A stretch of 64,000 bases of DNA from Cognaticolwellia sp. (lineage in GTDB: Bacteria > Pseudomonadota > Gammaproteobacteria > Enterobacterales > Alteromonadaceae), in contig JBMZDW010000001.1 of assembly GCA_049614565.1 (NCBI GenBank), positions 97,249 to 161,248 of the forward strand, read 5' to 3'. The notes under the pieces are model-generated. The model was not told the DNA's origin. It did no database searches and saw only the letters and a program-made list of their open reading frames with translations. Of this stretch, positions 17,340-25,423 are shown piece by piece. The position numbers were made by a program, and so were the translations under genes. Positions within the stretch are counted from its first letter, which is position 1, and every line of letters begins with the position of its first letter.

Positions 17340-18755
17340 ATGTTTTTTGATGCACTAGACGAGTCTACGCCCATGGAGCACACAGTAGAAATTGCAATAG
17401 TAGGTTCTGGCCCAGTTGGTATAACGCTGGCTAAGAAACTTTCCAAGCGATTTAATGTTCTCGTAATTGAAGCTGGCGAACTTAAAAATAGTCTAATAGC
17501 TAGAGAAAGTTTATATGGCACCATTAGTGGTATTCCTTATCCTATTGCGGATGTTCGAGCAAGAATGTTTGGCGGTAGCTCATCCTTATGGGCTGGTTAC
17601 TGTGCACAGTTCGAAAATGAAGATTTCGAACTGTGTCCATGGATACCTAACAGTGGTTGGCCTATTTGCGCCGACGAAATATTAAATTATTATCCCGAAG
17701 CCGCAAGCATCTTGCATGTGGAAGATGCTTGTTTTACGCCAACAAAATTGAAATATGGCAATTTAGTACATCCAACACCTGAGTTTTCTGAAATATTTCA
17801 ACCATCTGTTTGGAGATTCGGAGAGAAGAAAGCGGATTTTGCAGCAGAAAACCTAACAACTTTAACAAAAAATCGAGACCTTAATGTTTTGTTAAATGCT
17901 TGCGTAACTAATATTCATCTTACTGCAGCGCAGAACAGCTCAGTTGAATACCTAGACATCAAAACAATAAAGGGCCGTGTAGGTAAAGTCAGGGCCAAAC
18001 TCTTTATATTGGCAACAGGCGGAATTGAAACTCCGAGATTACTGCTGAACTCAAGACAGCAGAATAAACATGGGGTCGCCAACAAGAGCCAAAAGGTTGG
18101 AAAATTTTTTATGGAACACCCACATGTCACCATTGAGGGAATTAAAATTAATGGTATCGCGCAATTAGACGAGTGGACTAATGTGTGTCGGACAGATAAA
18201 GGTCAGAACTTTACTCGATGTCTCGGAATAACGTTTAACGAACGAAAACGAACCAAAATTTTAAATGCTAGAGCACACTTTTTTTATTCACCTGAAATGT
18301 CGGCTGATGAGCCTCCAAGAGTCGGTTTGTTTTTTGAACAAGCCCCAAACCCTAATAGCCAAATATCGTTGACAGAAAAAAAAGACAGATTAGACGTACC
18401 GTTGGTTGATCTTAATTGGAATTTGACAGATTTAGATCGACATTCCTTTGAAGTCACCGCAAAGAAAGTAGCACATGAACTGATACGCATAAAACTAGCA
18501 ACTCAAACAGGTAATATTGGTATATCAAATGAAATTTTGTACTCCAATCATCAGCTTGGTACCACCCGCATGTCAAAAGAAGCTAATGATGGGATTGTTG
18601 ATTCTAGTTGTAAAGCTCACGACCTTGAAAACCTTTATATTATAGGAGGAAGCGTATTTCCAACCGTTAGTTGGGCCAATCCTACCTTAACTGTGCTAGC
18701 TTTAACACTAAGACTCGCGGATCACATTAATAAAATTCAAATCTCAAATTCGTAA
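17340..18755 (+). CDS. GMC-family FAD-dependent oxidoreductase
   Basis: GSGPVG dinucleotide-binding motif, FGGSSSLWAG, LATGGIETPRLLL, GKFFMEH, HQLGTTRM, NPTLT. ATG at 17340 with GGAG RBS is preferred over TTG at 17313. Confidence 0.88.
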   Translation: MFFDALDESTPMEHTVEIAIVGSGPVGITLAKKLSKRFNVLVIEAGELKNSLIARESLYGTISGIPYPIADVRARMFGGSSSLWAGYCAQFENEDFELCPWIPNSGWPICADEILNYYPEAASILHVEDACFTPTKLKYGNLVHPTPEFSEIFQPSVWRFGEKKADFAAENLTTLTKNRDLNVLLNACVTNIHLTAAQNSSVEYLDIKTIKGRVGKVRAKLFILATGGIETPRLLLNSRQQNKHGVANKSQKVGKFFMEHPHVTIEGIKINGIAQLDEWTNVCRTDKGQNFTRCLGITFNERKRTKILNARAHFFYSPEMSADEPPRVGLFFEQAPNPNSQISLTEKKDRLDVPLVDLNWNLTDLDRHSFEVTAKKVAHELIRIKLATQTGNIGISNEILYSNHQLGTTRMSKEANDGIVDSSCKAHDLENLYIIGGSVFPTVSWANPTLTVLALTLRLADHINKIQISNS

Positions 18756-19456
18756 TAAATCAGGTTAATACTAATCTTTCTACGATGGTGTTATTGCCAA
18801 TCACTCCAGTGGCTGCAGGCTAAAATCAGTCGAAATTATTGGCCTCATTATCAGAGTGATGAGTTTTGGATGCTACTTAACATTAGCCTGCACCTTCACC
18901 CCAGTATTTATTACTCATTGATTATTCACTGTTGTAAGAAACGGTGGGAGTCAATGTACAAAAACCAACCCATTTTGAGAATTTCTATTGCAGACATTTC
19001 ATCTAGGTAATCCTTGGTTACTCTCTGTGGTTAAAGCAAATATTATTTACTGGCAATGTTGAATGTTAATGATTGTTTATGTGGTGTAATTAGGCGACCA
19101 ACTTAATATAATTATCTAAAAAGTCTTTAGGCACAAAGTGAACGTCAAATAATGGAAGTATCACGACAGCTAGAGCTTGAAGCGGACATTTGAATTAACG
19201 AGTTGCTAACTTCTGCTTAGCGCACAAAGTGAATATTAAGGTTATTTTTATTTGGATTTCTTGTTGAGATAACCTCATTAATAATGACCATTAATTACCA
19301 CAACAAAGCTCTCTTTATTCTGTGCTGAAAATTTAGAGAGAAAAAGACTATTGATTTTTCATCAAATACTGTCACAGTGCTAATACGCTGAGTCCGCATA
19401 CTCGGTGTAACAATCAAACAATTTGTCTTTTTTAAATATAAAGGGGTAGCACTTCA

Positions 19457-21121
19457 ATGTGTTCGATATTTTGTATATTAGATATTAAAACCGGTGCTGA
19501 TGCACTGCGTCCAAAAGCGTTAGAATATTCTCGTTTACTTCGCCATCGCGGCCCAGACTGGTCAGGTATTTTTGCCAATGACCAAGCCATATTAGTGCAT
19601 GAACGTTTAGCGATTGTTGATACTGAACATGGTGCTCAACCACTATACAGTAGCGACAAAACCTTAGTGCTGGCGGTAAATGGCGAAATTTATAATCATA
19701 AATCACTGGCCAGCCAATACACGCCGGATTACGACTTTCAAACCGCCTCTGACTGTGAAGTTATTTTGCCTTTATATGAGAAATTCGGCACTGACTTTGT
19801 CGATAAGCTGCAAGGTATGTTCGCGTTTTGTTTGTACAATGAGCGCGACAATAGTTATCTTATTGCCCGTGATCACATGGGTATTATTCCGCTTTACACG
19901 GGTTATGATGTTGACGGTAACTTTTATGTTGCCTCAGAAATGAAAGCATTAATGCCCATATGTAAAACGGTGCAAGAATTTCCTCCAGGGCATATTTTAG
20001 ATAGCCGTGTTGGTAAGCTTGAGCGCTATTATCAGCGCAACTGGCAAAAATATTCCGCCATAAAAGATAACAACACCAGTAAAGAAAAATTACGCGAGGC
20101 ATTAGAAGAGTCCGTAAAACGTCATTTGATGACCGATGTACCCTACGGCGTGTTGCTTTCTGGCGGTTTAGACTCGTCACTTATTTCGGCCATTACGCAA
20201 AAGTTTGCCGCCCGTAGAGTTGAAGAAAACGACTTATCTGAAGCTTGGTGGCCTAAGGTGCACTCTTTCGCCTGTGGTTTAGCTGGCTCACCAGATTTAG
20301 TTGCCGCGCAAACAGTGGCCGACAGCATAGGCACCATTCACCACAGCGTGGTATTTACCGAGCAAGAAGGCATAGACGCCTTAAAAGAAGTAATTTATCA
20401 CTTAGAAACCTATGATGTAACTACCATTCGCGCCTCAACACCTATGTATTTAATGGCGCGAAAAATTAAGGCCATGGGTATTAAAATGGTACTTTCTGGT
20501 GAAGGTGCTGACGAAATATTTGGCGGTTATTTATATTTTCATAAAGCGCCGAACGCAGAAGAATTTCATGATGAATTATTACGCAAGTTAGACAAACTGC
20601 ATATGTTTGACTGCCTACGCGCAAATAAGTCAATGTCGGCATGGGGCATTGAGGCTCGTGTGCCCTTTTTAGATAAAGGTTTTATGGATGTTGCCATGCG
20701 GATTAATCCGGCAGATAAAATGTGTGGTAATGGCAAAATGGAAAAAGCTATTTTGCGCGCTTCGTTCGAAGGTTACCTACCTAAAGAAATATTATGGCGT
20801 CAAAAAGAGCAATTTTCTGATGGTGTTGGTTATTCGTGGATAGATGGTCTAAAACAACATGTTGAAGCTAAGGTAAGCGACCAACAATTAGCCAGCGCAG
20901 CTTTTAAATTTCCGGTAAATACCCCAGAAACCAAAGAAGCCTACTATTACCGCTGTGTGTTTGAGGAACACTTTCCACTGGCCTCTGCCGCCGAATGTGT
21001 ACCGGGCGGAAAATCCGTTGCTTGTAGTACACCACAAGCGTTAGCGTGGGATGAAAGCTTTAGCCAAATGGCCGATCCATCTGGCCGTGCGGTGCAAAGT
21101 GTTCATAATGATAGCTATTAA
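19457..21121 (+). CDS. asnB: Asparagine synthetase B (glutamine-hydrolysing)
   Basis: N-terminal MCSIF (Ntn Cys), RHRGPDW, NGEIYNH, LLSGGLDSS, SGEGADE. Confidence 0.97.
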   Translation: MCSIFCILDIKTGADALRPKALEYSRLLRHRGPDWSGIFANDQAILVHERLAIVDTEHGAQPLYSSDKTLVLAVNGEIYNHKSLASQYTPDYDFQTASDCEVILPLYEKFGTDFVDKLQGMFAFCLYNERDNSYLIARDHMGIIPLYTGYDVDGNFYVASEMKALMPICKTVQEFPPGHILDSRVGKLERYYQRNWQKYSAIKDNNTSKEKLREALEESVKRHLMTDVPYGVLLSGGLDSSLISAITQKFAARRVEENDLSEAWWPKVHSFACGLAGSPDLVAAQTVADSIGTIHHSVVFTEQEGIDALKEVIYHLETYDVTTIRASTPMYLMARKIKAMGIKMVLSGEGADEIFGGYLYFHKAPNAEEFHDELLRKLDKLHMFDCLRANKSMSAWGIEARVPFLDKGFMDVAMRINPADKMCGNGKMEKAILRASFEGYLPKEILWRQKEQFSDGVGYSWIDGLKQHVEAKVSDQQLASAAFKFPVNTPETKEAYYYRCVFEEHFPLASAAECVPGGKSVACSTPQALAWDESFSQMADPSGRAVQSVHNDSY

Positions 21122-21294
21122 TCGCCACTAAATTAGACATTTTATAGGCTCAGAAACAAAGCCGACAATTACCTGTTGAATTAATGCTTTATTTTAATTG
21201 GGATAATATGTCGGTTTTTTTGTACAAAATTTTCTAAATATTATAAAGTGACAGCCATTATACTTTGTCTATCCATTGTTAGTAGGACACTCTT

Positions 21295-22032
21295 TTGTCA
21301 AATCGTGTAGAACCAGAAATTCCAACTATTACCCTCGACCGAGATCAAACTCGTAAACACTCTGCTAAAGCGAAAACAGCAGAGAGTTCATTATCGACGA
21401 CTGAAAGAAAGTCATCGCCTATGCTACGTGCTTTGTTATTTTTAATGCCTTACGCTGCACTTGCTGGTGCAGGCTGGTATTTTTATCAACAACAAGAGTT
21501 GGCTAATAACGCTTTGGAAAATAGTGTTGAGCGCATTCAACAACTCGAAAACCAACTCTCAGCCACAGGCGAAGAGATGGGAGAATCGACCATAGCGCTA
21601 AAGGTTAAATTGGAAGCGATCAGTGAAAAAACTGAATTACTGTTATCTGAAATGGATAAGCTTTGGGCGTCGGCTTGGCGAAAAAACCAAAGTGAAATTA
21701 AAGCCCTAAATTCACAAAGTAAAAAGCTTGTAGCACAGCAAAGTAAAAACACGGCGGCGACAACTGACTTGAGCGATAAAGTTACGGCGACAGAATTCGC
21801 TATTGACGCCGTTGCCGAGCAAATAGTGGCCGTCAACAGCTTAAAAGATGAAGTGAAACAATTAACTTCGCTGCTCAACACCTTAAATGCCGATGCAAAA
21901 AGCACTAAAGAGCAGCAGATGATCACCGCCACTAGCATCAATGAGTTTGATACTAATTTGCAACTCATGCTTGAGCGTATTGAACGTATTGAAGCAAGGT
22001 TTATCAAATCGACCTTGTCGGGGCAGCCGTAG
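21295..22032 (+). CDS. Membrane-anchored coiled-coil hypothetical protein
   Basis: Single TM segment near residues 45-65 followed by long heptad-rich helices. Confidence 0.7.
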   Translation: MSNRVEPEIPTITLDRDQTRKHSAKAKTAESSLSTTERKSSPMLRALLFLMPYAALAGAGWYFYQQQELANNALENSVERIQQLENQLSATGEEMGESTIALKVKLEAISEKTELLLSEMDKLWASAWRKNQSEIKALNSQSKKLVAQQSKNTAATTDLSDKVTATEFAIDAVAEQIVAVNSLKDEVKQLTSLLNTLNADAKSTKEQQMITATSINEFDTNLQLMLERIERIEARFIKSTLSGQP

Positions 22033-22100
22033 TAATACACACCACTGTGCACAGTGTTTACGCTAGTTTTAGCTTACGTTTTAGGTTACGTTTTAGGTGT

Positions 22101-22130
22101 GCTTCTTACAGAGAGTACTCTGTAAGAAGC
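22101..22130. terminator. Perfect 13-bp hairpin (terminator-like), preceded by a TTACGTTTTAGG tandem repeat
   Basis: GCTTCTTACAGAG-AGTA-CTCTGTAAGAAGC; no clear U-tract. Confidence 0.5.
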
Positions 22131-22135
22131 TGTCA

Positions 22136-22201
22136 TTTATAAAAATTAGTAAAGATTATGGCGTACGGGTTACGGAAACGTCTCCATAATATGTTGTTAT
22201 A
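22136..22201 (+). repeat. attC-like site 1
   Basis: ATTATGG/CCATAAT inverted pair, R'-like GTTATAT at 22195-22201. Confidence 0.55.
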
Positions 22202-22217
22202 TACCTAAGGAATAAAT

Positions 22218-22532
22218 ATGGATATTGAAGTTTTCCGACCGAAACAATTTAATGATATGGCAAGAGATTATAAATTGTTTGCCGATGGTGAAGAGGTTGC
22301 TGTAATCAAACGAGGGGTTAGTCAAGTTATTTCATTGCCAAATGATACTAATGTACTTCAAGCCAAGATCGATTGGTGCTCTTCTGCGGAGTTTAATGTA
22401 AGCGAATTAAGTTCAAATCAAATCACTGTTAAAAACTCTTTTGCTGGCAATTTATTTAAAGCATTATTTTTGCCTTTGTATTACATTTCGTTTGGTAAAA
22501 ATAAATATCTAACAATCGAAAATGGTATATAA
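22218..22532 (+). CDS. Hypothetical protein (cassette 1)
   Basis: AAGGA RBS; stop codon overlaps ATATAAC. Confidence 0.7.
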   Translation: MDIEVFRPKQFNDMARDYKLFADGEEVAVIKRGVSQVISLPNDTNVLQAKIDWCSSAEFNVSELSSNQITVKNSFAGNLFKALFLPLYYISFGKNKYLTIENGI

Positions 22533-22543
22533 CAAGGAGATTT

Positions 22544-22918
22544 TTGGTGTTAGATTGGGTCAAAAAGACTATGTCAAAAGGCATTTGGCACTCGTTGGCT
22601 GTAATAATTGTTGTGCTTGTTGCAGGACCAGAGATAATGATGAGTATGGAGCTCATGGCTGTGGTTGAGTTGCTTGGAGCGTCAACATTCGTTTTTATGT
22701 ATATTTCAGGTTTAAAATTATTTTTTGCTAAAGCTTCGGTTAAATACAAAAAATTTGAGCATTATTCGGTTTTCTTTATACCTTCGTTAAGCGCCTTAAA
22801 ACAAATGCCGTCTTTGGCTTTTCATGCGATACCTGAGCGTACATTTATTATTGCATTTTTTAGTTTTCTTCTAGCTTGTATGTCATGTTTTTACGTAAAC
22901 TTGCTTACTGGTGCATAG
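22544..22918 (+). CDS. Hypothetical membrane protein (cassette 2)
   Basis: AAGGAG RBS, hydrophobic segments. Confidence 0.65.
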   Translation: MVLDWVKKTMSKGIWHSLAVIIVVLVAGPEIMMSMELMAVVELLGASTFVFMYISGLKLFFAKASVKYKKFEHYSVFFIPSLSALKQMPSLAFHAIPERTFIIAFFSFLLACMSCFYVNLLTGA

Positions 22919-22985
22919 TATAGTTAACAGTTTGCTTCGCTTCACATTTTAACAAATTAATAAAAGCTTCATAGTGAGGCTATAT
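22919..22985 (+). repeat. Degenerate attC-like site
   Basis: Shares ACATTTTAACAAA with the next spacer; ends GCTATAT. Confidence 0.5.
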
Positions 22986-23001
22986 TCACAAGGAGATTTC
23001 A

Positions 23002-23235
23002 GTGGAAGAGTTAGCCGAAGGAGCAATTAAAACTATTCTCAGGTTTATCCGCTTTATCCTTATAGAGGCTATTTGTGAGTTTCTTATCTATTGGGTTGGT
23101 CGTTTATTTTTATTAGCAGTCACCTTAGGGCGTTACCCGAGTGGCAAGCAAGTTGAAGAGCATGAAGGTCGTATTATTTGTACAGGGATTGTGGTTATCA
23201 TTTTATGTATTGTTCTAATCAGCCTATATGTGTAA
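23002..23235 (+). CDS. Small two-TM hypothetical protein (cassette 3)
   Basis: AAGGAG RBS, GTG start, two hydrophobic segments. Confidence 0.65.
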   Translation: MEELAEGAIKTILRFIRFILIEAICEFLIYWVGRLFLLAVTLGRYPSGKQVEEHEGRIICTGIVVIILCIVLISLYV

Positions 23236-23333
23236 ATTGTCGTATCCTTCATCAACTAGGACAAAAACAGTTGCTTGCTTTTCCTCCCTTAACATTTTAA
23301 CAAACTATATTTTGTTCTTTATCAGGATTATAT
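23229..23333 (+). repeat. Degenerate attC-like site
   Basis: TCAACTAGGACAAAAACAGTTGCTT...AACATTTTAACAAACTAT...GGATTATAT. Confidence 0.55.
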
Positions 23334-23358
23334 GCCTTAGCCAAAGGAGCTTACGATA

Positions 23359-23793
23359 TTGAAAAACTTTAGCATTAGTAAAGAAATAACGATAAATGCA
23401 AAACCTGAGGTAGTATTTGATGCGCTAACAACGTCAGACGAAATAATTAAATATTATCCTTTAAATAACGTTATTTCTACGTGGAAACTTGGTGAGCCAG
23501 TGCATTATAAAGGAGAGGTAAATGGCGATACATTTACCGATTATGGCGTTATTACCGAACTGAGGCGCCCGACAGTTTATGCTTATCGCTACTGGAGTGA
23601 CAACCACGGAACAGAAAATACCTTAAGCAATAACTTAAACATTAAGTACACAATGCTATTTATTGATGGGGTAACGCAATTAACGTTAATTCAAAATAAT
23701 ATAAAGTCAGAAGAAATGTTTAATGTCATGGATAATGTTGTTTGGGATATGTTACTCTCAAGCCTTAAAAAACACATTGAATCAGGTATATAA
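23359..23793 (+). CDS. SRPBCC/AHSA1-like domain protein (cassette 4)
   Basis: ITINAKPEVVFDALT N-terminus and W-x3-L-x2-LK-x2-IE C-terminal helix. Confidence 0.8.
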   Translation: MKNFSISKEITINAKPEVVFDALTTSDEIIKYYPLNNVISTWKLGEPVHYKGEVNGDTFTDYGVITELRRPTVYAYRYWSDNHGTENTLSNNLNIKYTMLFIDGVTQLTLIQNNIKSEEMFNVMDNVVWDMLLSSLKKHIESGI

Positions 23794-23879
23794 GTAATTC
23801 AACAAGGGTTAAACTACGGGATTTTTAACTTCGCTCAGTTTGGCCGACAATTTTTAGCCTATTGATATAGGCGTTATAC
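23788..23879 (+). repeat. attC-like site (best preserved)
   Basis: ATATAAG...TTGGCCGACAATTTTTAGCC...GGCGTTATAC. Confidence 0.62.
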
Positions 23880-23897
23880 AACCCCATAGGTAAGATT

Positions 23898-24122
23898 ATG
23901 AATAAAGGATTATTAACATTACTAGCTATTATGATATCTGGTTGTACAAGCTCAGAGGTTGCTTACTATCTCACTCACCCAACGGATAGCTCAAACGATC
24001 CTAGTACTGCGGCTGTTTATGCTGCTGCCGCCATCGTTTTAGGTGAAATTAAAGGGGAATGTAACCATGGGCACCCAGAAGATCAAATTAAGTGCAAAAA
24101 AGCTAAAAACAGTAGTAAATAG
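23898..24122 (+). CDS. Small lipoprotein (cassette 5)
   Basis: Lipobox ISGC after a short signal peptide. Confidence 0.7.
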   Translation: MNKGLLTLLAIMISGCTSSEVAYYLTHPTDSSNDPSTAAVYAAAAIVLGEIKGECNHGHPEDQIKCKKAKNSSK

Positions 24123-24181
24123 CGGCTTTTATAAGCCATTAAGCAGGGATTAACTAAACAGCCGAACATCGCAGAAATAAC

Positions 24182-24210
24182 AAAAAGGTCATCCAGTGGA
24201 TGACCTTTTT
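24182..24210. terminator. Bidirectional intrinsic terminator
   Basis: AAAAAGGTCATC-CAGTG-GATGACCTTTTT. Confidence 0.8.
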
Positions 24211-24294
24211 CAACTATTGACAGTTGCTAAGTAGCGCGGCTATTTAGCTTTTTTTTTTAATTTTACTGTCTAGCTCTAATGAATAGCAACAAGC

Positions 24295-25308
24295 CTACTT
24301 CAGTGTTTTAACTATGTCTCTAATAAGCTCAGGTCCTTGATAAATAAAGCCGGTATAAACTTGTACTAGCGTTGCCCCTGCCGCTATTTTTTCTGCCGCA
24401 TCTGCGCCCGAGGCAATACCGCCAACGCCAATAATCGGCAATTTATCATCAAGCGCTTTTGCCAACAATTGAATAACTTTGGTGCTTTGTTCTTTTACCG
24501 GTGCGCCACTTAAACCGCCCTGCTCATTGCCAAACGGTAAATGCGCTACTTTGTCGCGTGCTAAAGTGGTATTGGTGGCAATAACGCCGTCAATGTTATT
24601 AGCAATTAAACATTGCGCGATTGAGTCAACTTCTTCTGTTGTTAAGTCTGGCGCAATTTTTACTGCCACGGGCACGTACTTACCGTATTGGTCAGCTAAG
24701 GCAGTTTGTTCGGCTTTTAACGCTGATAATAATTCATTTAAGGCATCGCCATATTGCAAAGAACGTAAGCCTGGAGTGTTAGGTGAAGAAATATTAACCG
24801 TAATGTAGCTGGCATGATCATAAACTTTACGCATACAATGAATATAATCATCTTTGGCGTTTTCATCTGGCGTGTCTTTATTTTTACCAATATTAATGCC
24901 CAAAACGCCACGGTATTTCGCTTTTATCACTTGCTCAACAAGGTAATCAACACCTTTGTTATTAAAGCCCATACGGTTAATAATGGCGTTGGCTTCAGGT
25001 AATCTAAAAATGCGCGGTTTGTCGTTGCCCGGCTGTGGTCGTGGTGTAATAGTACCAACTTCAACAAAACCAAAGCCTAAGGCTTCAAAGGCTTTAATAC
25101 ATTCACCATTTTTATCAAGACCTGCCGCGAGGCCAACAGGATTAGGAAATTTTATCCCCATCACTTCTACCGGCTTATTCGGTACTGTTTGCTTATAAAG
25201 CATATTAAGTGGCGTATCGCCGGTTGCTTTAAAACCTTTAATCGTTAAATCGTGAATTGCTTCTGGATCGCATTTAAACAACAGGTTACGAATAACTGAG
25301 TAAAACAT
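24295..25308 (-). CDS. pyrD: Dihydroorotate dehydrogenase (quinone)
   Basis: [35 protein letters not shown]. Confidence 0.97.
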   Translation of the reverse strand: MFYSVIRNLLFKCDPEAIHDLTIKGFKATGDTPLNMLYKQTVPNKPVEVMGIKFPNPVGLAAGLDKNGECIKAFEALGFGFVEVGTITPRPQPGNDKPRIFRLPEANAIINRMGFNNKGVDYLVEQVIKAKYRGVLGINIGKNKDTPDENAKDDYIHCMRKVYDHASYITVNISSPNTPGLRSLQYGDALNELLSALKAEQTALADQYGKYVPVAVKIAPDLTTEEVDSIAQCLIANNIDGVIATNTTLARDKVAHLPFGNEQGGLSGAPVKEQSTKVIQLLAKALDDKLPIIGVGGIASGADAAEKIAAGATLVQVYTGFIYQGPELIRDIVKTLK

Positions 25309-25388
25309 AATACCTCTTTAATAAAATTTAATGATTTTTCCGCCCCAGTAAGTAATATGCTCTTACTGTGCAAATAGACTTTGATGAT

Positions 25389-25417
25389 AAAAAAATCCCC
25401 GCTCTGGGCGGGGATCT
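25389..25417 (-). terminator. Terminator after the NAD-GDH gene
   Basis: Minus strand ATCCCCGC-ccaga-GCGGGGAT followed by a T-run. Confidence 0.75.
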
Positions 25418-25423
25418 TAACAC

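Larger units (their letters stand above)
22136..24155 (+). mobile_element. Degenerate integron-cassette-like array (attC-like sites, no intI in window)
   Basis: Five small co-oriented genes; spacers end in GTTATAT/GCTATAT/GATTATAT/GTTATAC and share ACATTTTAACAAA, AACAGTT(T)GCTT and TCAAC-AGG motifs. Confidence 0.65.

Noticed and set aside
18814-18892. 10-bp inverted repeat TGCAGGCTAA/TTAGCCTGCA
   Set aside because: No attC cores, no transposase and no target duplication; function cannot be supported.
18930-19010. Tiny ORFs downstream of the GMC gene (plus strand MYKNQPILRISIADISSR; minus strand MSAIEILKMGWFLYIDSHRFLQQ) as possible second precursors
   Set aside because: No leader similarity to the 45-aa precursor, not adjacent to the rSAM, and expected by chance.
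19130-19233. 12-bp direct repeat GCACAAAGTGAA near the right edge of the island
   Set aside because: No matching copy seen at the left edge, so it cannot be called an attachment site.
22057-22097. Short TTACGTTTTAGG tandem repeat
   Set aside because: Only two to three degenerate units with no spacers; not CRISPR.
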